A stretch of DNA of 64,000 nucleotides from Octopus vulgaris (Eukaryota): positions 21,700,001-21,764,000 of the forward strand of contig OX597838.1 of NCBI GenBank assembly GCA_951406725.2, in the 5' to 3' direction. A program made the translations under genes and the position numbers. The notes beneath the pieces were generated by a model, which was given only the letters and a program-made list of their open reading frames with translations, searched no databases and had not been told where the DNA came from. Of the stretch, positions 13,641 to 27,603 are shown one piece after another (within the stretch, counting starts at the first letter, position 1; the number at the start of each line of letters is the position of its first letter).

Positions 13641-14397
13641 AGAGTTCTACTGAGATTTTTTGAAGGCATTTGAGGGAGGACATTCGACGAAAGCAACCGG
13701 ATCTGAGGAGCGCGAAGAATTAGATTCTTCACCACGACAATGCACCCTCTCACCGAACTCTCCTCACTCATGAATTTCTCTCCATTAACAACATAGCATT
13801 CTACATTATTTACATTATTTACATTTGACGGATATTTGTCCTCGTATTGTTTGTTGTTAACACGTTTCGTCTGACATACCCTCCAGCCTTCATCAGGTGT
13901 CTTGGGGAAATTTCGAACCTGTTTTTTTGTTCTTTCTATCCTCATCTCTGGTTATTTTCCTAAGAAATGAAGATAACCTCTCTTTGACTTCGTTAGTTAG
14001 TTGATGTTTTTTTTTTCTATTATCTCCTCCGGTTATTTTCCTAAGTAATGAAGATAATATCTCTCTGATTTCGTTATTTAGTTCGTATCGCTTCTGCACC
14101 TGCCCTATTCACCACATTTAGCACCTGTAAACTTCCATCTCTTCCCCAAGATGAAGACGCCACTGAAAGGTCGCCGTTTTAACGCCGTTATCGAGATCCA
14201 GAGCGAATCGTAGAAGGTTCTCGACCTGCTTACAGAAAATGACTTGTAGCTCGGATTCCAAAAGTTGCAGGAACGCTGGGACCGGTGTATTATTGCGTAA
14301 GGTGACTATCTCGAAGAAGATGATGTTAAAACTTACGTAAATAAGTTATTTCTTATTAAACATGACTAATCCGGGAACCTTTGTATACCACCTCGTA
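13609..14397 (+). pseudogene. Mariner transposase catalytic C-terminal half with right TIR, interrupted at ~13797-14084
   Basis: EFVPQGHTVKQEFY...LREDIRRKQPDL...ILHHDNAPSH, then PYSPHLAPVNFHLFPKMK..LKGRRF...QERWDRCI..GDYLE; ends ACCACCTCGTA; matching TIR-like piece at ~56148-56178. Confidence 0.9.
13858..13900 (-). ncRNA. Degenerate minimal hammerhead ribozyme core in a Penelope-like pLTR fragment
   Basis: Reverse complement acac-CTGATGA-aggctg..gtatgt..cagac-GAAAC-gtgt; stem II and cleavage triplet imperfect. Confidence 0.55.
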
Positions 14398-14558
14398 TTT
14401 CGTCCGTCTTTACGTTCTGAGTTCAAATTCCGCCGAGGTCGACTTTGCCTTTCATCCTTTTGGGGTCGATAAAATAAGTACCAGTCAAGCACAGGGGTCG
14501 ATGTAATCGACGAGCCCCCGCCCAGCTAATTTCAGGTCTTGTACTTTTAGTAGAAAAG

Positions 14559-14719
<161 letters not shown>

Positions 14720-14741
14720 GACTATTATTATCATTATTATT

Positions 14742-14911
14742 CAGTAGTTTTATTTTTATAGCGTGCTTTCACTTCACTACCGAGCGCAGCTCTGTGTGCC
14801 TTGGGTATGTGCTGTGATTTGTTGTGATGCTCTGATGGTTATTGTATGGAAAGTGTTCTGCGTAGGATGTGTGCAGTGCCTAGTAGTGCAATTTTCTGTA
14901 TGTTATATGTG
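14742..14911 (-). mobile_element. 5'-truncated R4/Dong-like 3' end inside (TAA)n
   Basis: NIQKIALLGTAHILRRTLSIQ* plus 3' UTR; (TAA)n on both sides. Confidence 0.75.
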
Positions 14912-14982
<71 letters not shown>

Positions 14983-15054
14983 CACAGGTTTTGTTAGAGC
15001 TCCTGGAGTCATGCATGCGTAGACTACGGTACCATGCTACCCGTTCTTTTCAGT

Positions 15055-15500
15055 CAAAACTTTCCTGATTATTCTGGCCGTGTCAAGGAGGCAAACTTTT
15101 TGTAACAGTTCTACTGGGCACTCTATTCCAATTTCGTTTATAGTCCCCTTGATGCCTTCTGATACTCTTCCCAAGGAGCCAACAATAATTGGCTCTATCT
15201 TCTCTTTCTTCATTTTCCAAAGCCGGGCTATTTCGTACTTCAGAGGGTTGTATTTGTCTATCTTTTCATCTTCCTTCTTGACTATTCGTGGGTCAAACGG
15301 GCATGCAACATCAGCGATATAGTATATGTGGTGACCTTGTCCACCACTACAAGGTTCGGTCTAGCACCTGATCTGTTTGGATTGGGAAATCCCAGAGGAT
15401 TTTGCTAGTCTCCTACTCCACCACACTCTATGGTTTGTCCTCATACCACATCTTGCCTCTCTCTAGCCCCAACTTTTCGCACAGTTTACAGTAGAGCACT
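15055..15500 (-). pseudogene. R4/Dong-type REL endonuclease fragment
   Basis: ILWDFPIQTD...DVACPFDPRIVKKEDEKIDKYNPLKYEIARLWK...PIIVGSLG...LLQKVCLL. Confidence 0.8.
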
Positions 15501-15589
15501 TTTACTACCTGATCGTATCACCTTAGCTCAGGTTTTGGTCTTTTTCCTTGAAGGATTTACGTGGATAGCGGGTTACTACCTATAACCTT

Positions 15590-15995
15590 AGGTATTCACA
15601 AGTTCCCAGCAGGCTTTCAAGTGCTTAGAACCCTGCTGATAATCCTTGCTGTCCCTAAGAGACAAACTTTCTGTAGAAGATCTACCAAGCATTTTATTCC
15701 AATCTCCTTCAGCTATTTGTCTATATCTTTGCTTACAGTTCCCAACGCACCAATTATTATAGACATAACCATTATTGTTCGCACGCTCCAAATTCTTTCT
15801 ATTTCAAACTTTAAGGGATTATATATCTTTTGCTTTTCTTCCTCTTTACGATCCTGGAATCAAACCGGTATAATGGGTCGATAAGTAAGCAACTTCGTTT
15901 TTCCTTATCTATAATTGGTATGTCCGGTCTATTTTTTTTCTAACTTCTTGTCCGTTTGAATAGGAAAGTCTCGCAAAATGTTATATTTCTCTGAC
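15590..15995 (-). pseudogene. Second R4/Dong-type REL fragment
   Basis: NILRDFPIQTDKKLE..RPDI...YNPLKFEIERIW...IIIGALG...LLQKVCLLGTARII. Confidence 0.8.
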
Positions 15996-16030
15996 TCCAA
16001 GCATATGTGTACGACTATTTGCGTAATATG

Positions 16031-16083
<53 letters not shown>

Positions 16084-16144
16084 TATATGTATATGTGTAT
16101 ATATAAATATGTAATATATATTTGCATGCTCGTGTGTGTGTGTG

Positions 16145-16182
<38 letters not shown>

Positions 16183-16533
16183 CGCATGTGCTGTTAAGTT
16201 TGAAAGTGTGTGTGGGGGTGGAAAAGCAATCCTTACGGATGAGAGGTTGGGATGTGGTAGGATAAGGTAAATCCGGCAAAGTAAGGATGTTAGCTGAGTT
16301 TTGGTGGGGAGGGATACGTAAACGGATTTAGATGTTAAGATTAGGGATAAGGGATGACGTTAAGGGATGAGCAAGATGCATATGGGGCTCTGGAGAGGTG
16401 GGGGTCGGATGGGGGGAGTTTGGGAGTGTGGGAGCGTGGGGTGTGATTTACCGGCAAAGAAAGAGAGAGCGAGACAGAGAGTGAGAAAGAAAGAAACAAA
16501 GAAAGTGAGAGAGAGAGAGAGGCTGAGAGAGAT

Positions 16534-16579
<46 letters not shown>

Positions 16580-18043
16580 AGACAGAGACCCAGAAAGACA
16601 AAGAGATAAACAAAGAGAGTGAGAGAGAGAGTGAAAGAAAGAAAGAAAGAATGGCAGAAAGAGAAAGAGAGAAAGAGAGGTAGACTCAGAGATAAAGAGA
16701 GAGAGAGAGACAGACAGACACACATAGAGACAGACAGACAGATCCGATCCACAAAGAATAGATGTGTGTTGTGCATTTGTGATCGTGCGTGTATGTTTGA
16801 GTGTGTGTATGAAAGTGTGAGAGTGTATGTGTACTTGTTAGTGTGTGTGTGAGTTTGTGTTCTGCCCTGTATTTGTGTATGTATGCTTGCGTGTGTATTT
16901 CTGTATGTGTGTTTGTGTGAATATGTGCGTGTTTGTTTGAGTGTGTGTGTGTGTGTGTGTGCTTGAGTGTGTGTGTCCGTGAGTGAGTGAGAGGGAGCGA
17001 TTAGGTGGGATCGATGATGCAATGGTAGGGTGAGTAAGGGCTGAAGAGTCCCCAGTGAAGGGAAGTGTGAGGGGTTGGAGAGAGGAAGGGGGAGTGGGTA
17101 CGCGTGGGGAATTGGTGGTAGGGGTACTGTTGCTGGTGGTGAGGGTGGCTGTCGTCACTGTGGTGGCGGTGGTAGTTGGTGTTGTTGCGGTGGCGGTGGC
17201 GGTGGCAACGAAAGCGTTGAAGGGTGGGTGGTGGGTGGCGGTTGTCGATTCGAAGAAAGAGCCACGGCATGGATCTGACTCATGGAATCCATCAGGTTTC
17301 TCTGACATTCCGTTACATCATCATAATCACCATCGTCATCATTGTCATGACCATCCTCATCATCATCATCGTCGTCGTCGTCGTTACTATCACCAACATC
17401 ATCATCATCATCATCATCATCATCACCCTCATCATCATAATCATCGTCATCCTCATCATCCTGATCACCATCTTCATCATCATCATCATCGTCGTCGTCG
17501 TCGTTACTATCACCATCATCATCATCATCCCCACCACCACCACAACCACTACCCTTCATCATCATCATCATCATCGTCGTCGTCGTCATCATCATCATAA
17601 TCATCATCATCATCATCATCACCCATTATCATCATCACCCTCATCATCATAACCCTCATCGCCTCATAATCCTCATCACCATCCTCCTCCTCATCATCGT
17701 CGTCGTAGTCATCATCATCATCATCATCGTCATCATCATTATCATCATCATTATCATCATCATCAACATCATCATAGCTGTTCGGCAAGAGAAACCGATA
17801 GTAAAAGTACTAGGCTTACAAAGAATAAGTCCTGGGGTGGATTTGCTCGACTAACGGTGGTGCTCCAGCATGGCCGCAGTCAAATGACTGAAACAAATAA
17901 AAGAATAAAAGAATAACATACATACACACACACACACATCAGCTTGAGTAAAAAGTAAGCAATGTTTTGAATCATGAAGTATTTGTACCGGATTTTTGCA
18001 GAGTTTTGAAATTTTTAAAGCATTTTTTACAATTGTCTAATAA

Positions 18044-18430
18044 ATAGTAGGAGCACTCCGTCGGTTACGACGATGAGGGTCCCAGCTGATACGATCAATG
18101 GAACAGCTTGCTCGTGGAATTAACGTGCAAGTGGCTGAGCATTCCACAGACACGTGTACCCTTAACGTAGTTCTCGAGGAGATTCAGCGTGACACAGAGT
18201 GTGACAAGGCCGTCCCTTTGAAATACAGGTACAACAGAAACAGGAAGAAAGAGTGAGAGAAAGTTGTGGTGAAAGAGTACAGCAGGGATCACCCCACCCC
18301 TGCAGGAGCCTTGTGAATCTTTAGGTGTTTTCGCTCAATAAACACTCACAATGCACGGTCTGGGATTCGAAACCGCGATCCTACGACGGCGAGTCCGCTG
18401 CCCTAACCACTGGGCCATTGCGCCTCCACT
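18044..18430 (-). mobile_element. SINE family B (tail type 1) with 13-bp TSD
   Basis: Near-identical to 5960-6346 in reverse; TSD AATTGTCTAATAA at 18031-18043 and 18431-18443. Confidence 0.9.
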
Positions 18431-18504
18431 AATTGTCTAATAATACAGACAGAGACTTGCCCAAATGCATCAATAAATTAACATTGATATTTTTTCACTG
18501 TTGT

Positions 18505-18955
18505 TAAAATCATCTGCCAAAGCACGATGTTGAAGCAATTTTGCTATTCATTTTCGTAAAAGGACGTAAAACAGCTGAAACTGCTCACAGTATCAACGAA
18601 ACATTTGGTGAGGAAATGACCAGTAAGTGGTCAGCTCAAAAATGGTTTAAATGATTTCGCAGTGGAAGATCGTGAGCATAGTGGACGCCCATCAGTCATC
18701 GATGATGGTCAATTAAAGACCGGCATTGAGAAAGATCCGCGTAAAGCCACTCGAGAACTGGTCAGAAAACTGCTTGCAACTGTCTGTATGCGATCACAAA
18801 ATCGAAAAAGCTCGACATATGGGTACCACACGATTTGTATGAAAATCAGAAAATGCGCAGTTACGAAATTTGCACGTCATTTCTTTTTCACAACTAGACC
18901 GATCTATTTCTTGACTGTATTGTAACTTACAATGAAAAGTGGATTCTGTACAATT
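18505..18955 (+). pseudogene. Mariner transposase fragment
   Basis: KTAETAHSINETFGEE...WFK, EDREHSGRPS, WVPHDL, IVTYNEKWILYN. Confidence 0.85.
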
Positions 18956-19361
18956 CGCCCGGCGTGCTAACGTTTCTGCCAGCTTACAGCTTTTGAATGG
19001 AGAAATCTTGATCAACAACAATTGACTAACTTCTTCATTTTCTGTTTACTTTAAATTTGATTCCTGATAAATTCTTTGTCATTGCCTGTATCCTATGAGC
19101 ATAATATACTTGCATATGTATGCCCAGTGTTAACGTAGGTAATTATACTGGTAGTAAAACGGATATTTTTTTATCCCTTAGACTGTTATCACAACCTCTA
19201 ACTCTGCTAACCTTATATACATACATACATACATACATACATACATACATGTCTTTTGTTTTCTATACATTTCAACTATATATGTGTGTGTGCGTGTGTG
19301 TGTGTATCGTTGGCGATTTTCTTTCTCCGTCTTCCCTTCCTTGGACCTTTCCTTTTTCTAT

Positions 19362-19396
19362 GTTTCTGACGAAGAGCTCCGCTCGAAACGTTAAAT
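19362..19396 (+). ncRNA. Minimal type I hammerhead ribozyme
   Basis: gttt-CTGACGA-a-gagc(tcc)gctc-GAAAC-GTT-aaat; stem III replaced by palindrome AACGTT. Confidence 0.75.
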
Positions 19397-19592
19397 CCTC
19401 CTTCTTTTTTTCCTTTCCTGAGCGTCCAATGACACTATACTTGTTCCACGTCGTCGCGTTGTTGTGTTTGGATTAACTTTATATATATAAAGTTAATCCA
19501 AACATGAAAACACAAAGAGAAAACATAACAATGCGAGGACGTGGAACAAGTATAGTATTATTGGACGCTCAGGAAGGAAGGGAAGAAGGAGG

Positions 19593-19627
19593 GTTTAACG
19601 TTTCGAGTGGAGCTCTTCGTCGGAAAC
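19593..19627 (-). ncRNA. Minimal hammerhead, CCGACGA variant
   Basis: Reverse complement gttt-CCGACGA-agagctccactc-GAAAC-GTT-aaac. Confidence 0.6.
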
Positions 19628-20064
19628 ATAGGAAAAGGAAAGATACAGAGAAGGGAAGACGGAGGAAAAAAAAATCGCCAACGGTACACACGCGGTCACA
19701 TTATAGTTTATGTATGACTTAGCGGATCGCTAATGTGTATATAAAAATTAATACAAACAGCTAGGTGTAATGTGATACCATAAAGGAAAAATATAATCGT
19801 CACTGAACGTGCGTAAGGATGTCAAGATACCAATATTGCTAGAAATATAAGAGCTAAAATTCCTATTGGCAAATGAAACACGTGTAATGATGACTAAATC
19901 AAAAAACATTCAAATCTCCTGTTTTGTTATACAATAACTCTACAAGTAATATTTCCATAATTCTCAACTTTAATATGTATTTTGAATTAACACACAGCAG
20001 CAACTGAGATTGTAATAATGGAATAAGCACTGCTTCAAGAAGAAACAGCTGGGATAACTAACTA

Positions 20065-20666
<602 letters not shown>

Positions 20667-21018
20667 GATATATATATACACACATGCATATGGGTACAGG
20701 ACGTCACCAACGGTGCAAATAACATGAAATACAAACGAGGAAAAATACGAGTGAAATACGTGAACAGCGAGGAAAGAAAATGGAAAACAGGACAAATTAA
20801 CACACAAAAAGGACCCTTCATCAGTTGTCGGCTGTCTCTCTACTCCTCATTTCGAGCATTCAACGACAATGTGAGACTTCAAAGACAGTTGCTCTTATAA
20901 ATTCTAAAATAAAATTTAGGATTTATGGAGGGTCAAAGCTGGGAACAAAAACGGGGCAGTGGAGACGTACAAGGAAACCGAATGAAAACAAACATGGAAG
21001 GTCGTAAAGCCTGATAGG

Positions 21019-21070
<52 letters not shown>

Positions 21071-21166
21071 CAGACAGACACGTAGGTAGGTAGATAGATA
21101 GCTATATAGATAAATAGATAGACAGACAGACAGTCAGACAGACAGACAGACAGACAGATAGATAGT

Positions 21167-21216
<50 letters not shown>

Positions 21217-22209
21217 CGACATACCACTGGTTTTGTCTGTCCAAGTCATTCACAAGTCATTGGTCGGCCGAGGCCACATCAGAAAACATTTGCACAAAGT
21301 GCTGCGCTGTGAGACTGAATCCGGAACAACATGGTTACAAACGGTGCTTCTTAACCACAGAGCTATGTCTGCACCCATATAATTGTAGCTAATATCCCGA
21401 TGTGGAATGTAAAACCACAATTAAAATATAGTACTCAATACACGGTGCATAGGAAGTTTATCCATTTATCAAATAAATGACTTTCACAGGCGAATTGTTT
21501 ACGAAAGCAACAGAAGTATTCCTGCCAGATTCATTTCTCTAATGTGTGTGTGTATGCGTGAGTGCATGTATACATATGCATTCATACATACATACAAATA
21601 GATACATACATGCATGCATACATACGTACGTACGTACGTACATATACGCATTTCCTGCATACATATTCACACGAGAGCTGAATTAGTAAATAGCTTCTGC
21701 ACAAGCCTGATGCCAACGGCTTAAAATGTCAATGAGGCCTTAAGCAAAAACGTGTTGAACACATTGCTCAACAGATACATTCTCCTAGTCAAAGCAGTCT
21801 CGCGAAATTATGGCGGCGACCCGTTATGAAGGCGATGGCGATGCTGCTGTTTTAAATTTGAGAACAGGCAAATCTTCTGTTACACTTCATTAACTAACTT
21901 GTCTTCTGCTTGACACTTCAATGAATTATTTCTATCCAGACAAGACTAATAGCGAAACTGAAGTATTATTATTACGCTCCGTCGCTGTGGGTCGTCTGCT
22001 GGTGCGCTGTACAACCGCCATCTTTTTTTTTCTTTTACGTGGGTTTTCTTTCTCCTTTTTCTTGTTGTTGTTTGGTTGTTAGTTGTTATTGGTTGCCTTG
22101 CATCTTGTTATTGTTATTACCGCGTCTAAGTTTATGGTATTTATTGTAGCTGTTTCTAAATTTTTGTTTTGAAATTCTATCGTTGATTTTTTTTTTATCT
22201 TCTTTGTCT

Positions 22210-22441
22210 TATCTTTTACTTGTTTCAGTCATTAGACAACGGTCATGCTGGGGCACCAATTTCAGGAATTTTTAGTCAAATAAATCGACCCCAGTACTAA
22301 TTTATCTTCTTTCAAACCTGGTACTTATTCTACTGGTCGCTTTTTCACGAACCCTTAAGTTACGGGGAAGTAAACAGACCAACGCCGGTTGTCCACCGGT
22401 GGTGAGAGACAAACAAAGACACATACAGACACATAAATAAA

Positions 22442-22489
<48 letters not shown>

Positions 22490-22785
22490 TATATAGAAAT
22501 ATTTTCCCGAGCGTCAAACTAATACACTTGCTTGTTGTTCATACACCTGTCTTCGTCTTTTGTTTTTCTATAAGCTTCAACTATATATGTATATATATGT
22601 ATGTATATGTATGCATATATGTGTGCATGTATATACGACGAGCTTCTTTCAGTTTCCTTCTACTAAATCCACTCACCTGGCTTTGATCGGCCCAAGGTTA
22701 TAGTAGAAGACACTTGCCCAAGATGTCACGAGGTGGAACTGAACCCGGAACCATGTGGTTGGGAAGCAAACTTCTTACCACGCAG
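22210..22785 (-). mobile_element. SINE family A with a pLTR-like 3' end (22500-22585) nested in its internal (TA)n
   Basis: Family A head and tail flank CCCGAGCGTCAAAC...TTTTCTATAAGCTTCAACTATATAT, which resembles 27820-27892 reversed. Confidence 0.7.
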
Positions 22786-22820
22786 TCTTTTCTTAAGATT
22801 ACGGTATTTCTGTTTATGGC

Positions 22821-22858
<38 letters not shown>

Positions 22859-23455
22859 CTGCTGCATTTGTGTTGCTGTATCGATAACTGTTCTTGTATA
22901 AACGTTCTTCGGTGCTGTGGTTCTTTTTCTTAATGATTTTTAACTTTACTTGTTTCCGTCATTGGACTACGGCCAGGCTGGAGTACCGCCTCGATGTGTT
23001 TAGTCGAGCAAATTGACCCCCCAAATATTAATTTTCTTCGAGTCTGGTATTTATTCTTCCGATACCTTTGGCCGAACAGTTAAGTTATGAGAAGGTAAAC
23101 AAACCAATACCTTTCGTCAAGCTACGAGTGGGACACAAATACGACCGCGACTACACATACATCTACATAAAATATTACAATATATATACATACATAAATA
23201 CATACAAACACACATACATACGCACACGAACATACGCACATATACACGCACGCACTGGCACGAAGGCGTACGTCTGTTTATGAGTGTCTGTTTTATTACT
23301 TAGAGCCGCGGTTAAAGGGACTCACTACACAACCCTACTTCCTGGTTCGATCCTACAGCGGAAGTAGTTTAACTTGAATTCAGCTTCAATGAGCTGTGAG
23401 AATTTTTTGATAGAGGAAAGCTGTACAGAAACCCGTCGTGCGTGTAATGTGTGAG

Positions 23456-23519
<64 letters not shown>

Positions 23520-24004
23520 AATATGTTACATTACTCGATAGTCAAGATAAATCTCTGAGTTTCAGATGCCGAAGTGGAAATCCACAACACCATCTCTTCG
23601 GTTATCTGGCTATTTGGAAACGCTATGAAAAAATACCGTTATATAAAGGGAAATTACTGTGTTATAAGTTTAATATATAAGTTATATATAAAAAAAAATG
23701 TGAATAAAAACGAAAGGAATACGGTAACAGGGTGTTTACATTTCACGTATGTTAACTACGTCAGCAAAATAGCCGTTTACGTCTATTGAGAGGGAGTAAA
23801 TAATATGAAGCCGAAAGACCGAATACCATTGGTTAAAATTCTAATTATTAAACAACGTTAAACTTAGAAATTACAATTCCGTTTTCATTCTGGTGTACAA
23901 TTATGTTTTCTTTTGACACATTCTACCAGTATACGAAGTTTCAAATTGTTTGGTTAAGTAGGAAAAATCTGACAAATCAGGCCTTGAAAATGAAAAGATC
24001 CATA

Positions 24005-24180
24005 TATTCTTTTATTTGTTTCAGTCATTTGACTGCGGCCATGCAGGAGCACCGCCTTCAATCGAACAAATCGACTCCAGGTCTTATTCTTTGTAAGCCT
24101 CGTACTTATTCTATCGGGTGATTTTGCCGAAGCGGTAAGTTACGGAGAAATAAACACAGCAACATCGGTATTTGGAGGGA

Positions 24181-24274
<94 letters not shown>

Positions 24275-24278
24275 TACA

Positions 24279-24345
<67 letters not shown>

Positions 24346-24495
24346 TTTCCTTTCAGTTTCCATCTAACAAATCCACTCAAAAATCATTTTGTCGGCCCAA
24401 GGCTATATGAGAAGACACTTGCCCAGGGTGCACGCAGTGGGACTGAACACCGAACCATGTACTTGGGAAGCAAGCGTCTTACCACACAGCCACGT
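24005..24495 (-). mobile_element. SINE family A with expanded internal (CA)n
   Basis: Family A head and tail around ~160 bp of (CA)n. Confidence 0.8.
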
Positions 24496-24515
24496 TTTTA
24501 TATCATGTATGTGTG

Positions 24516-24554
<39 letters not shown>

Positions 24555-24555
24555 G

Positions 24556-24592
<37 letters not shown>

Positions 24593-24603
24593 GTATTTAT
24601 ATA

Positions 24604-24692
<89 letters not shown>

Positions 24693-24735
24693 GTACATAT
24701 ATAAATATATATATATATATATGGGTATTTATATA

Positions 24736-24776
<41 letters not shown>

Positions 24777-24926
24777 GTATTTATATATGTACATATATAA
24801 ATATATATGTATATGTGTATGTATACCTGTATATAGACGTACGCACACACATTAAATGTATATGCGTGCTTTTGCGTTTGAGTGTGTGTATATAACTGTA
24901 ACGGCGGCCATGCTAGACGTATACAA

Positions 24927-24973
<47 letters not shown>

Positions 24974-25312
24974 GTGTGTGCGCATATGTCTGTGTGTGTA
25001 TGTGTGTAAACGTACACACACTATGTATGTCAGTATGTGTGCGCGTGTGTGACTCCATCACCGACACCGTTGGTGGGAGGGTGAGGTAGCTCTGTGGGAT
25101 GTAGTGGGATGTGGTGGTGACGGAGGGGGAAGCTGGAACAGAAGGGATGTTGGGGGGGGGAGCAGATGATGACAAATGATTAAATGAACTGTGCAGCAGA
25201 TGATGTTTTGATTCCATGTTTACACACACACACACACAGGTACTCTCTTACACGCACTCTTCCACACACAAAACAAGTTATATATTTGTGTACACATACA
25301 TGAAAGATCCAT

Positions 25313-25422
<110 letters not shown>

Positions 25423-25500
25423 GTATGTATATATATATATAGGTATATATATATTTATACACATATATAAATATATATATATATGTATATATATACATAC

Positions 25501-25554
<54 letters not shown>

Positions 25555-25590
25555 GTATATACATATGTATATATATATTGTATGTGTATA

Positions 25591-25624
<34 letters not shown>

Positions 25625-25648
25625 CCTATGTATATATATGTATATATT

Positions 25649-25683
<35 letters not shown>

Positions 25684-26810
25684 TCATATACATGCACACA
25701 CACACACACACACACACCATGCGCTCGCAAAGTCATACATATATTCAGTGTTACATCTGGTTTTCTCTGTAATATGCATATGTATAACCGTTATCTGAAA
25801 ATCTTAGTCTATCTCTCTCTCTCACACTCTCTCACTCTCCCCCGCGACCCCCACCGAGCTCCCTCTCGCTCTCTCTCCATCTCACTCTTTCTCTTTCCCT
25901 TCTCTCTCTGTCTCTCTATATACATATAGCTATATGGACACACACACACACACGCACGTTTTATGTGGTGTAAATGTGTGTGCGCGCGTGCGTATGTGTT
26001 CCTATGTTTATCTGATAATCTATCTATACACCCTATCCCAATAACCAGACACCAGCTGCAGATGTCGCGCCGTCACCGCCCTAGGCCTACTCTCCCCCAT
26101 TTTTTGCATCTGCTTGAAGGAGAAGCAGACACACGAGCATCACTGTATACACATCCATACACACACACATCCATCCATCCATCCATCCACCCATCCATAC
26201 ATACATACATGCGTACATACATACATACATACATACATGCATACATACATAAATACATACATACATACATACATACATACATACATACATACATACATAC
26301 ATACGTATGTACATACATACATACATACGTACGTGCATACACATACATACATACACATACGTACATACATACGTACGTACATACATACACATACATACAT
26401 GCATACATACATACATACGTACGTACATACATATATATATATATACATACATATACATACACATATATACATATATATATATATGTATACATATGCATGC
26501 ACACACACACACACACATATATATATACATATACATACATACGTAAATATATATATATATATCTTTATTCAAGCATACATGCATACATAAGCACGCACAC
26601 ACACGGCTGCATATATGTATATATGTATGTATGTATGCATGTATGTATGTATGTATGCATGTGAAGAGACAAACATAAGTGGTTACACTCTGAAGAATAT
26701 ACGGGTGTATTCATATGCTTATACATACCCACGCACACACACACTCTCTCTCATACACACACGCATATATGCATATAGTATTTTATCTCCCCCTCTCTCT
26801 ATATATATAC

Positions 26811-27081
<271 letters not shown>

Positions 27082-27553
27082 CATCATATGTATATATACT
27101 ATGAAAACTATATATTCTTACGTACAGACACACTGACACACACACATTATATGCATATATGAATCAGTCTGTTTGCGCGCGCGTGTGTTAGTGTCTATGT
27201 ATGTATGTATGTATGAATGAATGATATGGGTGTATGTATATTTGTATTAGAGTAAGTATGTATGTGTGTGTATGTTTGTTTGTATAAGTGTGTTTGTGTG
27301 TGAGCCTGAATGTAAACAGTAGTTCCAACTGGGGTGATGTATAAACAAGCGGAATGGCGAGGGCACGTGCGAGTGTCGAACTGCAGCGGAGTTCTTGAAA
27401 ATCCAACAGCGTGGAAACCCGCAACTTTCGGTGTTGTTACACCAACACGACCACCAGTTTCTCTGTGGGAGTTATAACTCGATAAACGCATCAGAGAGAC
27501 GCTAGAAATAGTATATTATATTGCTTGCTTTAGAAATACTAATCGCGTACACT

Positions 27554-27597
<44 letters not shown>

Positions 27598-27603
<6 letters not shown>

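Larger units (their letters stand above)
19250..19702. mobile_element. Two tail-to-tail inverted copies of a hammerhead-bearing pLTR-like element
   Basis: Centre GGATTAACTTTATATATATAAAGTTAATCC is a perfect palindrome; ~200-bp arms are diverged reverse complements. Confidence 0.85.

Noticed and set aside
20790-20860. Minus-strand CTGATGAAGGG
   Set aside because: No downstream GAAA; type II fold has only weak stems; probably a pLTR-like fragment
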